Numbered from the stretch's first letter, positions 1-9,913 are shown. The stretch is DNA of 64,000 nt from Prasinococcaceae sp. CCMP 1430 (GCA_013416795.1 RQSC01000027.1:395911-459910), one strand, 5' to 3'. The notes: generated by a model not told the origin, from the letters alone. Numbers and translations are program-made.

Positions 1-2924
1 ACCGTGGTGCCAATTCGGTTGGGCGCGATGTCGACGAATGCCCGGACCCTCCCGCGTGCCTCCGGGGAGAGTGCACCGAAGAGCTGGCGCCCGTCACGTC
101 CGTTGCCCCAGATGACGAAACCACCATCCTCACGCCATGCCGGGCGCGAAAGCACTCGCCGCTCAAGCGCCGCCGCGCGCACAGCGAAGAGGCGTTGGCG
201 CGACGTGCGGCTACTCGTCTGTGAGGGCGTCCAGCGGTACAGAAGGAGTGGTGAGCTCGTATCACCCACGCGCACCAGCGCCACGTCGTCCGCATGGCTC
301 GCATCCGCAGGGACAGCAACATCGCCCGAATGCCCGCCGTCGCGGGGTACTAAAGCCACCGCTCTTGCCCTGCTCGGAGCACCGTTCTCTCCGTCGAAGC
401 TCCCCAGGTGCCTGAGGAACCACTCGAGGTCCTCCGCCAGCGATTCCTGCAGACCGTCCTCTATGAAAGGCCCCGTCGCATCGAAGGTGGTGCGCGACAT
501 GAACCACGTGGGCATCTGCACGGTGGTCTCCCGAAACTGCTGTAGCAGCATCTGCTCGCCGCTCAGGGTGTTGGCCCAGCGGGAGTAGTGCTCGGTGGCG
601 TCCAGTGGCATGCGCTGCCAAGCGCAGCCGAGCAGCGCGCGGGGATGTGCTCGCGCCGCTTGCTCCTGCGCCGCAATGCGGCCCGGCATCATCACGTCGT
701 CTGCATCGAGGAAGCACAGCAGCGTGCCGCTAGCATTTTCCACACAGCGATTCTTCGCGAAGCCGCAGCCCCGATTGGCTCCGGCGGAAGTGGTCTCGCT
801 GCCGCTAACGACAGTGCCGATGCCACGCGCGCGCAGGTGCTCCGCCCATCGCTCGAGGATCGCGCGTGAGTCATCCGTCGAGGCGTCGTCGTACGCCGAG
901 AGCTCAATGGGGCCCTCATAAGTCTGCGTGAGCAGACTCATGAGGCACTCATCGAGCCACTGGCTCGCGTTGTGCACAGGCAGGATCACTGACACGAGCG
1001 GCAGAGTCGCATCGGCTGGAGGTCGCGCCGGCAGCTCGTCGGGCAGAGCACTGATGGCTCGCGCGAGCGCGCCGATCACCCGACGTTCCGCCTCAGCTCG
1101 GGCGCATAGTGGCGCCACATCTGTGCTCCGTGGCTGCACAGCCTGCATCACCATGCCGTCCGATGCGTGCGTGGCGCCCCCAGTACCCGTGACTGCCCCA
1201 CCTTCGTCAGCCACTGCGCCGGCGACTCCGGCGGATTCAAACAAAGGATGGCCATGCCGGTCGAACGCCTCTTCTGTGATGCGCACCATGCCATTGGCCA
1301 TCAGTCTGGGCATCTCGCCGAGATTCTTTGTACCGCTATGCACCGCCAGTGGATGCAAGATCGCGACGTCGCCTGCACACCCAACTATCTGCTCGATCCG
1401 CTGCTCACCAGCGCACCTCGAGCTACCATCGGCTGCGCGCGCGTATCGCAGCGAGCCATCGACGATGCCTCGCAGCGTACGCTCCTGCGCCCATACGGAG
1501 AGCTGGTCGTGTGCCACACCAGCAGGACCTTCCTCGCAGAGGCGTGCTGCCACCCACTCATGCGAACGGGCCACCACCGCGGTGCCTCCTTCACCGGGCG
1601 CCCAGTCGCTCAGCAGCAGCAGCAGCACCGCGCCCTGATAGCGATGCCCCGCGGACGTGCGCCGCGCCGAAGTATCAAAACCTGGTCCGATGTCAACGTG
1701 CCAGCCGCGATGCTCCACACGGCGACGATTCACCGCAGTCCAGCACGCCTCGGCGCTCGACTCTGGCGCACTCTTCCCGACTCCCCTCGCGTCCGCGCCG
1801 CCGCTGTCAGTGCGTGTGGCCACGGCGCCCGCGCTGGTTATCCCCCTCGCTCCGGCCGTCTGATGGTCGGCCGTTGCTGCTTCGGCCTCAGCCGCGTCCA
1901 GGGCAGTGAGATGGGCGGCCCTGAGCAGTATCTGTCTAGTGGTGCGCGTCGAGTGTCGCTGGAATGCAGAGGCGAGTTTGTTGGGAGCGTGCTGGCCGCC
2001 GAGCGCGGCAACGCACTCGCGGAGCCTCGCATCCTCAGCATCCGTCCACGGCGGGCACCAGCGCTCGCGGCACATGCGCTTGGTGCGGCCATTTCCCACG
2101 GCAACCGCGACGGCCGACCAGCCCTCGCCGCGTGATACCGCCTCCGCCAGCCGCTCGTCCTCGTCCTTTCCCCACGCGGGCCCACAGCCGTCGTGGCCAG
2201 GCGCGGCGAGCGCCTGCCCTGCCGCCCGCCCGCCTGCCTTGCTGCCGTGGCTCTCCTTCTCCTCGCCCTCTGGAAAGACAACCGGGCTGTACCAATGCCG
2301 GACATAGGCGGCACCCTCCGCGGGGGGGGGACCATTGAGCGGAATAGTCCACCTGCCCTCGCCTAGGAGGGCATCGAGCGCACGCCGCAGCGGCTGCGAC
2401 TCACACACGCTCGCCCAGCAGCAGCCCGCGGCGGTTGCGGCTGTAGCATCCCTGGATATGGTAGGCGGCGCCACCTCAACGACGCGCCGGCCGCGTCCAC
2501 GCGGCCAGGTCGAGGCGTCCTCAAGCCTGACGCGCGGAGTGCCACTCTCCTGCGGCACGCGCGGGCTCGCGAGCTCCGCGGCGACCGAGCGCGCGAGCGC
2601 CGCCACCGTGGCCGGGCCGAGAGCGCCTCGCACGATGCCGTAGCCGCGCTCGCGGACCTCGCGCGCGACCGCTACCTCTGCCTGCCGGCAAATCTCGACC
2701 GCGCGTTCCAGCGCTGGGCCGCCGGCAGCGACATCGGCGCGGATGCCGAGCAAGCGCTGGTCGAGGCAGGCATACTCGAGCCGGGCGACGGCGCGCGCGG
2801 TGTTTGCGCGTGGTACCAGCCCCCAAGGCATGACCATCCGGCGGAAGCCGCCAGGACCGGGCAATGGCGCTCCACCCTCTCGGCAGTCATCGGCCAGCTG
2901 CGCGCCCGGTTCTGGCTGCGGCAT
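1..2924 (-). CDS. Multidomain fusion: PhyH-type Fe(II)/2-oxoglutarate dioxygenase with inserted Myb/SANT-like repeats, plus C-terminal GT2 glycosyltransferase (B3GNTL1/QTGAL-like); 3' end off window
   Basis: Manual translation: one stop-free minus frame from 3215 to the window edge, first ATG at 2924 (true start uncertain). Motifs: ERGYGIVRGA, ALDALLGEGRW, GWHVDIGPG (HxD, 1692-1700), GGTAVVARSH, AGDVAILHPLAVHSG (distal His 1338-1340); WGKDEDERLAEAV..WSAVAVAVGNGRTKRMCRERW; VSVILPVHNASQWLDECL, CFLDADDVMMPGRI, QMPTWF, EDLEWF, LLLYR, FVIWGNGRDGRQL. Confidence 0.85.
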   Translation of the reverse strand, partial: MPQPEPGAQLADDCREGGAPLPGPGGFRRMVMPWGLVPRANTARAVARLEYACLDQRLLGIRADVAAGGPALERAVEICRQAEVAVAREVRERGYGIVRGALGPATVAALARSVAAELASPRVPQESGTPRVRLEDASTWPRGRGRRVVEVAPPTISRDATAATAAGCCWASVCESQPLRRALDALLGEGRWTIPLNGPPPAEGAAYVRHWYSPVVFPEGEEKESHGSKAGGRAAGQALAAPGHDGCGPAWGKDEDERLAEAVSRGEGWSAVAVAVGNGRTKRMCRERWCPPWTDAEDARLRECVAALGGQHAPNKLASAFQRHSTRTTRQILLRAAHLTALDAAEAEAATADHQTAGARGITSAGAVATRTDSGGADARGVGKSAPESSAEACWTAVNRRRVEHRGWHVDIGPGFDTSARRTSAGHRYQGAVLLLLLSDWAPGEGGTAVVARSHEWVAARLCEEGPAGVAHDQLSVWAQERTLRGIVDGSLRYARAADGSSRCAGEQRIEQIVGCAGDVAILHPLAVHSGTKNLGEMPRLMANGMVRITEEAFDRHGHPLFESAGVAGAVADEGGAVTGTGGATHASDGMVMQAVQPRSTDVAPLCARAEAERRVIGALARAISALPDELPARPPADATLPLVSVILPVHNASQWLDECLMSLLTQTYEGPIELSAYDDASTDDSRAILERWAEHLRARGIGTVVSGSETTSAGANRGCGFAKNRCVENASGTLLCFLDADDVMMPGRIAAQEQAARAHPRALLGCAWQRMPLDATEHYSRWANTLSGEQMLLQQFRETTVQMPTWFMSRTTFDATGPFIEDGLQESLAEDLEWFLRHLGSFDGENGAPSRARAVALVPRDGGHSGDVAVPADASHADDVALVRVGDTSSPLLLYRWTPSQTSSRTSRQRLFAVRAAALERRVLSRPAWREDGGFVIWGNGRDGRQLFGALSPEARGRVRAFVDIAPNRIGTT

Positions 2925-3341
2925 CGGACGATGGCGGACATCGTCGCACGGCTCGCCCGGGAACGCAGGTGGCCACGCCGCGCCCGCCACGGAGGTGCGC
3001 TCCCCCCCCGCCCCCTCCCCCCGCCCTTCCTTCAGCTCCGCCCACTTCCGCCCAAGCACCTCGCCTGCGTGCACTCTGGCATCGGACCTCGCCTGCGCCA
3101 ACGTGTGCAGAGCGCTCGGGACTGAGGTCGCTGTGGCGGCGGCGGCTGGATTTCTACTTTTAAGGAATGGGAGCGTTGCCCATGTGCGCGAAGCGCTGCC
3201 TACGTAGACGCGCACTCACGTTCGTGGCTCACGGCTCGTGCTCGCCCTCGCGGCGCGCGCTCGCGCTTGCGGCTTCCGCTCGTGCACTGCAAGGGTTTAC
3301 CACGGCCGCCTCGGCACGGTCTGCAGCGCGCGCCACCGCCC

Positions 3342-4334
3342 TCACAGGCGCGCACGTGGCCCTGGTGAGGATACGCCCATACCGCCGCTGCCCGCATCAC
3401 CCACGCCCGCGCTGCCAGCTCGCACCCTAGATGCGTGGAAGAGGGAGGAGCTCTTGGCCGCTTCGCGCGACATCTTCGCCCAGATTTTGCGCTCCCTGCG
3501 CTCCTGCCACTCGACGGCCTCGCCAACGAACTGTCTGAGCGCCTCCTCGTACTTCGTTGGGTCCTTGCGAAGCAGGCCGACGTGCGGGCACCCCGCGAAC
3601 TCAACGCGGCGCAGCGGGCGCCCGGCGTCGCTACCCGCCAGCATACGAGCGTGGAACTCAAGCAGCTCCTCCTTCGGGCAGATGCGGTCATCCTTCGAGT
3701 GGAGCAGGAGGACCGCCCAGTCAGTGCAACCCACCAACGCCGCCCAGAAAGCGTGTCGTTGCTTCTCGAATGTCCTCGCGAAGACGAGGTCGAGGCCGGG
3801 TGTCGCCGCGAGCGCCGCAAGCCGCACGGGGAAGGGAATGCCGCTCACCCCCCCCTCCTCTGAGATGAAGCGCACCCCGTGTCGCGAAGTGTAGTCAACA
3901 GGCCCACTGTCGAAGCAGACTCCCGCCACCCGCGCCCGCAGGCTCGCGTACTGGCGATTGTGTTTGAGAAGCAGCACGGCCTCGCTCAGGCACGCCTTCG
4001 CCGAGCCCGAAAAGCACGCGAACACGACTCGTCGCCCGTCGCCACCGCGGCGCAGGTCGTCCAGCAGCACACGCAGCACCTGATGCGCCAGCGCGCGCGC
4101 CATGCCCTCGAACCACATGTTTGCCATCGCCGGGTACACCGCCAGGCGCGGCGCTGCGCCCGCCGCGCGCCACGCGGCCGCGAACTTGCCCACGACGTCC
4201 GAGCGCGCCCCCATGTGCGCGAGCATCACCACTTTGCACCTGCACCCTTTGGCGACCTCGCCGTAGTCCTCGAACGGCACGACCCGCGAGCTGAAGAGCG
4301 CCCCTTGCGTGCGCTCCCGGCTGCGCCGCACCAT
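3342..4334 (-). CDS. DUF829/TMEM53-like alpha/beta-hydrolase-fold protein
   Basis: FACFSGSA, GVCFDSGP, LLHSKDDRIC, FAGCPHVGLLRKDPTKY motifs; ATG at 4334. Confidence 0.75.
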   Translation of the reverse strand: MVRRSRERTQGALFSSRVVPFEDYGEVAKGCRCKVVMLAHMGARSDVVGKFAAAWRAAGAAPRLAVYPAMANMWFEGMARALAHQVLRVLLDDLRRGGDGRRVVFACFSGSAKACLSEAVLLLKHNRQYASLRARVAGVCFDSGPVDYTSRHGVRFISEEGGVSGIPFPVRLAALAATPGLDLVFARTFEKQRHAFWAALVGCTDWAVLLLHSKDDRICPKEELLEFHARMLAGSDAGRPLRRVEFAGCPHVGLLRKDPTKYEEALRQFVGEAVEWQERRERKIWAKMSREAAKSSSLFHASRVRAGSAGVGDAGSGGMGVSSPGPRARL

Positions 4335-4704
4335 GGCGCGCGCGCGTAAGCTGCAGCGCGCGCCTAGCACCGCTTGGCGGGTGCCGGCCAGCCCTGGCTC
4401 CCTCGCCCGCGCGCGCGCGCCTGCGCGCGCGCGCGCGCGCACATGCGCGTGCAGTGCGTTGTTCCTTTAGAGCGCTAATCCGTTAATGATGGGTATATTC
4501 GCACGCACGTATTCTTCTGCAATGCAATTCGGAGGCTCGGCCCTCCGCGTTTTCCCTCCCGTCCAAAACAGATGNCGCGGGTTGGGCGCGCGCGGGGTTG
4601 GGTGCGGGGGTGGGGGGACTCGCGCCGCGGACACGGGCGCGGGCGCAGGCGCGAGTGCGGGCGCGTGTGCGGGGGAGCTGTGGTGAAGTGCGGGGGAGGG
4701 GAGG

Positions 4705-5460
4705 ATGGACACGGTCGCTGCGCGCGCCGACGGCCGCGCGGCTGCCGACGCGCGACCCCTGCGACTGAGGGTTGGCGGTGCAGTGGCGGCCGCGCGCGGG
4801 TCGGCGTACGCCGAGTGCTGCGGGGCGCGTGTGCTCGCGGCGGTGCGAGGGCCGGCGGCGCCCGTGGCATCGGCGGAGGCGCCTGCGTGGAGCGCCAGGG
4901 GAGCGCTGGAGGTGAGCGTGGAGGTCGCCGCGTTCGCAGCGGAGGGAGGTTACGTCGCAGATGCACGCGAGGACGCGGCAGTAGCTGCCGACGACGACGC
5001 GCGAGAGGCGGAGGAGCGACACCGCGGGCGCGAGAGCGCACTCTCGCACGCCCTGCGCGCCGCGCTACTGCCTGCCGTGCTTGCCGAGGAGTTTCCGAAG
5101 GCAGCAGTCCGCATCGACGTGCTAGTGCTCGAAAGCGACGGCGACGTTTTCGCCGCGTGCGCTGCGGCTTCGAGCGCCGCGCTCGTTGACGCAGGCGTGC
5201 CAATGCGTGACCTCGTGACGGGCGCGACGGTGGCGCGCGTCGGAGCAGGGCTGCTCGTGGACCCGAGCGCGGCAGAGGTGGCGCAGGCCCGCGGGGGTGC
5301 CACGATCGCATGCATGGGCAAGAGCGAGGCCATGACTTTGTGGGAGCTGGATGCTGTGTGGACAACCGAGGAGGCACAGGGCGCGATGGAGGCGGCGGCC
5401 AAGGGCGCGGCGCACGCCGACGAGGAGCTGCGAGTGGCGCTCAGGGAGGCGCTCGAGTGA
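4705..5460 (+). CDS. Exosome complex RNase PH-like subunit (MTR3/RRP41-like)
   Basis: R-x-DGR start, GSAYAE, FPKAAVRIDVLVLESDG, ALVDAGVPMRDLV. Confidence 0.85.
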   Translation: MDTVAARADGRAAADARPLRLRVGGAVAAARGSAYAECCGARVLAAVRGPAAPVASAEAPAWSARGALEVSVEVAAFAAEGGYVADAREDAAVAADDDAREAEERHRGRESALSHALRAALLPAVLAEEFPKAAVRIDVLVLESDGDVFAACAAASSAALVDAGVPMRDLVTGATVARVGAGLLVDPSAAEVAQARGGATIACMGKSEAMTLWELDAVWTTEEAQGAMEAAAKGAAHADEELRVALREALE

Positions 5461-5601
5461 GCGCGCGCTCCCGCGCGCACAGCGGAATAATACACGGCAC
5501 GCTCAAGCAGCTGCGCGAAGCACATCTGGCCGCCGCTGCCGCGCAGGCGCGGACGCCGCTGATTGCTCTCAACATGGCGCCCTATGCGCCTCCAAAATTC
5601 A

Positions 5602-7263
5602 TTACGAAGAGGCGGCGCGAACCTTGGCAGACACCTTCCCGGTCTTCTTGAGGTGCCCGGCGACCTCAGCGGCCTTCTCCTGGCCGAACTCCACGCAGCG
5701 CCCGAGCGCCACGCCGCCGGTGTAGTTGCCACCGAGGAAGATGCCCTCGCAGCCGCCCACCTCCCAAAGCCCCGACTGCACCCGATCGAGCAGCTTCTGG
5801 TGGCCCACGTTGAACTGCGGGATGGCCTGCGGCCAGCAGCGCACGCCGAGCACCTTGGGCGGGGCGGCACCCGGCTTGAGCAGCGTCTTCAGGCAGTCGG
5901 TGTGCGTCTGGGCCGCGATCTCCTCGTCGCTGAGCTCGGCGATGGGCGGGTCATACAACATGGGGTCTTGCACGCCGCCGATGTAGTGCAGCAGCATGAC
6001 CTCATCGTCGGGGCACCTGTCGTCGCCAAAGAGGCTCGACGAGTAGATGGTGCCCAGCGTGCGAATGCCCTCTCGCCGCGGGTGGAGCTGGCCGAAGCCA
6101 TTCACGGGGCCCTTCCCATGCTCTGGCTCGCGGAAGGCCGACTTGGGGTACACCACGGTCACGGAGTACACGGTCGGGTAGGTGAACTTCTCCAGCGTCT
6201 CGCCTACGACGCCCGAAATGGGTGCCAGCAGGTCGGCGGTCACGTACGCAGGGGCGGTAATTAGCACGGTGCCCGCATGCACCTTGCGCTCACCCTCTGG
6301 GGTGTCGTAAGTCAGCAGGTAGCCGTCGTAGGACGTGTTGCCCGCCTTCGCCACGGCCTTGAGCGTCCAGTTGCAACGCACGTCGTCCTCCCCGATGGCC
6401 TGCACCAGCGCCTCGGGCAGGCGCTTGAGGCCGCCGCGGAAGGAGCCCACGGTCTGGCCCTTGACCTCGGGAAGGCGCGGGTCGCGCGGCGGAATCTTCC
6501 CCGACTTCTTCTTGTCGGCCGTCTCTTTCTGCGCGATGATGGCGCCGGCCACCAGCGATCCGCCGAGCGGTTCGAGGCGCTGCACGCGTCCCGTCGCGGC
6601 GGTTGCGCTGAGCTGCGCCGGGTCGCCCGCGTACACGCCCGAGCAGAAGGGCTCGATCAGGCGCTGAAAAGCTTCGTCGCCCAGGTTGCGCGAGACGAAC
6701 TCCTTGACACTCTCCTCCTTGCCCATGGGCGCGGGTGGGCGGATGCCGACGGCGCCCAGGCCGGCACGAATCTTGCCCGGGAAGGTGAGAAAATCGCCAA
6801 AGACAGCGTCGGCAGGCGTGGCGGGCAGCGCGCGGAGCTTGCCGTCCCACAGCGCGAAGCGGTAGCTGCCGGGATCCGCGAGGAGGATATCGTCCTGCAG
6901 GCCCACGTCGCACGCGGTCGACAGGATGGGGTCGCCCGGCTGGAAGCTGTTGGGCCCCTCCTCCCAGCGGTACGGGCCGTCCTCGACGGTCGTGATGTTG
7001 CCGCCGACGCGGTCGCGCGCCTCTGTCACCAGCAGCGACGGCGCGCCGTGCTTCTTCTTGAGATCATGCGCGGCGGTGAGGCCGCTCACGCCTGCTCCCA
7101 CGACCACCACGTCGTACTCCTCCGCCGCACCGTCCGCCGCGCGCGGCGCCGCGCGACCCTGCCGCCGCTGCCGCAGCACGCGCGCGCGCTGCAGCGGCGC
7201 GCGCGCGACACGCGCGCGCGAGCAACACGCGCGCGGACGCGCCCCGAACCCCAATCCTCCCAT
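5602..7263 (-). CDS. PPOX1: Protoporphyrinogen IX oxidase, chloroplastic (HemY type)
   Basis: Transit-peptide-like N-terminus, VVVGAGVSGL, EARDRVGGNI, WEEGPNSFQP, EPFCSGVYAGDP, LGTIYSSSLF, WPQAIPQF, GNYTGGVALGRCVE. Confidence 0.95.
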   Translation of the reverse strand: MGGLGFGARPRACCSRARVARAPLQRARVLRQRRQGRAAPRAADGAAEEYDVVVVGAGVSGLTAAHDLKKKHGAPSLLVTEARDRVGGNITTVEDGPYRWEEGPNSFQPGDPILSTACDVGLQDDILLADPGSYRFALWDGKLRALPATPADAVFGDFLTFPGKIRAGLGAVGIRPPAPMGKEESVKEFVSRNLGDEAFQRLIEPFCSGVYAGDPAQLSATAATGRVQRLEPLGGSLVAGAIIAQKETADKKKSGKIPPRDPRLPEVKGQTVGSFRGGLKRLPEALVQAIGEDDVRCNWTLKAVAKAGNTSYDGYLLTYDTPEGERKVHAGTVLITAPAYVTADLLAPISGVVGETLEKFTYPTVYSVTVVYPKSAFREPEHGKGPVNGFGQLHPRREGIRTLGTIYSSSLFGDDRCPDDEVMLLHYIGGVQDPMLYDPPIAELSDEEIAAQTHTDCLKTLLKPGAAPPKVLGVRCWPQAIPQFNVGHQKLLDRVQSGLWEVGGCEGIFLGGNYTGGVALGRCVEFGQEKAAEVAGHLKKTGKVSAKVRAASS

Positions 7264-7583
7264 CCGAACCCAAACCTCCACCCGCCTTTAGAATGACAAC
7301 GGGGCCCGCGGGCCGCAGAGGCCGAGCGAGAAACCCTCCCGCGTCCGATTCGCGGATAAACGCGAGATCTCCTCTCGGACATCTCGTCCCGGAGATCCGG
7401 CTGGCCGCAGGCACAAACGGGTCTGACCCTAATCCAAACAGGGGGACCGAGGTCACATTCCAACCCTAACCCGCGCGCGCGAATCGGCGGCGGGCGGCGC
7501 GCGCGGCTCGTCGGCGTGCAGGCCACTGCGCGAGCACCGACGCGCTGCTGTTCGCCGCGGAGGCGCACTCGGCGGTCGTCGTC

Positions 7584-9593
7584 GTGCCGGCGGCGTGCCT
7601 GTCGCTCGCGGAGAGCCTGCCCGCCCTGCTCGTCACCGCGGGGTGGGCCGGCGCGGGAAAGTGCGTCGCGGTGAGCGTGCCTGGCGAAGGGCTCGCTGGT
7701 GCGTGCGCCTCGCGCCTGGCGGCGGCGCAGCGGAGTCGGGTGGGCGACGCCGTCGGCCTGGTGGCAGCGTACGAGCGCATCCTGCGGCCCGGGACGACGA
7801 GCGTCGCGTACTTCTCCGATGAAGCGCTCGCGCGCGAGATGATGTCCGACCCACTGCTGCGCGCCTACAGCGCCGTCGTGGTCGCGGGTGCGGACGAGCG
7901 CACGGCCACCACGGACGCGCTGATGGCGCTGCTGCGCAAGGTGCAGCGAAGGAGGCACGACCTGCGCGTTTTTGTTGTCGCCGCGCCGCAGCACGCGGCG
8001 CGCCTGGCTGCGTTCTTCGACCTACGCCCAGCACGCGGTGCACCGGCGCTGCCAGCGCACGCGGGGACTGAGCCCCCGGCGGCGAGCATGTGCGCCGCGA
8101 CTGTTGCGCTGGAGGCCGACCCGCACCCTGTGCGCATCGCGTTCGCCGCCGAGCCCGTGGCGGACTATGCCACGGCCGCGGCGGAGGCGGTGCTGTCGAT
8201 CCATCTCAACGAGGGTCCGCAAGGCGACGTGCTGGTGTTCGTGCCCACTGCCTCTGCGGTCGGCGAGGTGGCAGAGGCCATCGAGGAGGAGCTCGCCCGC
8301 GGCGGCGGCATGCGCGCGAACGGCACGAAGCTGCAGGTGCACAGACTGCACGGTGCGATGGCCGCGTCCTCGCAGGCCGAGGCGCTGCGCCCGGCTTCGT
8401 ACGGCACGCGCAAGGTGATTGTCGCGACCGAGGCGGCCGAGTCTGTGGCGATCGATGGCGTGTGCTTTGTGGTCGACGCGGGCTTGCAGATGGAGACGCT
8501 GCATAACGTCGACGATGGCGTCACTCGTCACGCGGTCACTGCGATTAGCAAGGCCAGGGCGGAACGGAGGGCGGCGCTCGCTGGCGGCCAACGGCCGGGC
8601 CGGGCAGCGCGGCTGTACACGGAAGCGTACTACGCCGGCATGGCCGCTGACGGCGTGGTGGAGGCCCAGCGATGCGACCTCGGCGCGCTCGTGCTCCGGC
8701 TGAAGGGCCTGGGCGTGGAGAACGTCGCTCGCTTCGATTGGCCCGCCGCGCCGCCGGCGGCTCACCTAGCAGGCGCGCTCGAGCACCTTCATGCGCTCGG
8801 AGCGCTGGACGATGCCGCCCGCCTCACGCCGCTCGGTGAGCGCATGGCCACGATGCCGTGTGGCTCGGTGGCGCTCGCCAAGAGCATGGCAGTTGCGGGT
8901 GACATGCACTGCGAGGAGGAGATTGCAGCAGTCGCAGGGTGCCTGGCAGTGCACTCACTGTGGTATCACGGAGCGAAAGAGGAGGAGCTCGAGGAGTCTC
9001 TCAAGGCCTTCGCCGCTGCCGAGGGGGACTTCATCACGTACCTGAACGTCATGACAGCTTACATTAAGGGGGGAAGGCGGAGCGCCATCTGCAAGGAGTA
9101 CTTTCTGGACGCGCGCTCGCTCGCTCGTGCAGATGCGGCACGCGCGGTCGCGTTCCAGATCATGGTCCACAGCAGGGGGGCAAGCAGTGCCAGCGTCAGT
9201 GGCGCGAGCGCGGGCTCGGCGGACGCCGACACGGTGTGCCGCGCCATCGCTGCGGGCTTCTTCGCAAACGCCGCGACGCGCGATACGGATACGGACGGTT
9301 TCAGCCGCAGCTCCCGTGATGTATACATCACCGCGCGTGCGGGCACGCGCGCGGAGCTCCACAGGCGTTCTGCGCTGCGCCTCGCCGCGCCGCACCACAT
9401 GGTATGTGCCGACCTGAGCGAGGCGGAGGACGGTAGAGTGGTCATGCGCCATTGCTGCAAGGTCGAGGTCGCATGGCTCAAAGAGGCGTGCCCGGCGTAC
9501 TTCATTGACGACCGCCGGCCCGAGGAGGCGCCCGTGACCTACCTCGCGAAGAGGCAGAAGACAAAGGAGAGATTCAAACGGCGAGGCCTGTGA
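7584..9593 (+). CDS. DEAH-box RNA helicase-like protein (DHX35-like) with degenerate catalytic motifs; start not resolved
   Basis: DPLLRAYS, GDVLVFVP, RKVIVAT, FVVDAG, LRLKGLG, ALEHLHALGALDD..LTPLGERMA (HA2), AAAEGDFITYLNV, AIAAGFFANAA. No in-frame ATG between the stop at 7467 and the homology start (~7530). Confidence 0.8.
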   Translation: MPAACLSLAESLPALLVTAGWAGAGKCVAVSVPGEGLAGACASRLAAAQRSRVGDAVGLVAAYERILRPGTTSVAYFSDEALAREMMSDPLLRAYSAVVVAGADERTATTDALMALLRKVQRRRHDLRVFVVAAPQHAARLAAFFDLRPARGAPALPAHAGTEPPAASMCAATVALEADPHPVRIAFAAEPVADYATAAAEAVLSIHLNEGPQGDVLVFVPTASAVGEVAEAIEEELARGGGMRANGTKLQVHRLHGAMAASSQAEALRPASYGTRKVIVATEAAESVAIDGVCFVVDAGLQMETLHNVDDGVTRHAVTAISKARAERRAALAGGQRPGRAARLYTEAYYAGMAADGVVEAQRCDLGALVLRLKGLGVENVARFDWPAAPPAAHLAGALEHLHALGALDDAARLTPLGERMATMPCGSVALAKSMAVAGDMHCEEEIAAVAGCLAVHSLWYHGAKEEELEESLKAFAAAEGDFITYLNVMTAYIKGGRRSAICKEYFLDARSLARADAARAVAFQIMVHSRGASSASVSGASAGSADADTVCRAIAAGFFANAATRDTDTDGFSRSSRDVYITARAGTRAELHRRSALRLAAPHHMVCADLSEAEDGRVVMRHCCKVEVAWLKEACPAYFIDDRRPEEAPVTYLAKRQKTKERFKRRGL

Positions 9594-9913
9594 GGTTGCT
9601 GGAGGTAGAGTAGAGCATCTAGAGCTAGCATATAGGCAATGGGAGCGTCGCACTATCAGTCGCGACGAGGCACGATGTGGGGGAGGCGGAGCGGGGGTAA
9701 GGAGCGCGCAATCTACACGGCCCGGAGGTCACCCTGGCAGCCAGCCGAGCGCGTCTAGCCACGCGCGTGGCACGCCTCGCGGCGCGGTCATGCCGCGCGT
9801 AATCCCACGTCGATGCTGTCCCCGGCATCCACAGAGTGCGCGGTGTGGCCCGGCTGCGTGTGCGGCTTGGGCGCCACAGCGCGCGCGGACTGGCGCGCCC
9901 GCGCGGCGGCGGG

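Noticed and set aside
3010-3170. HMG-box-like words (LKSRNP..EVLGRKWAEL) upstream in frame with the fusion ORF
   Set aside because: Too short and upstream of the first ATG; could be chance. Needs 5' transcript data.
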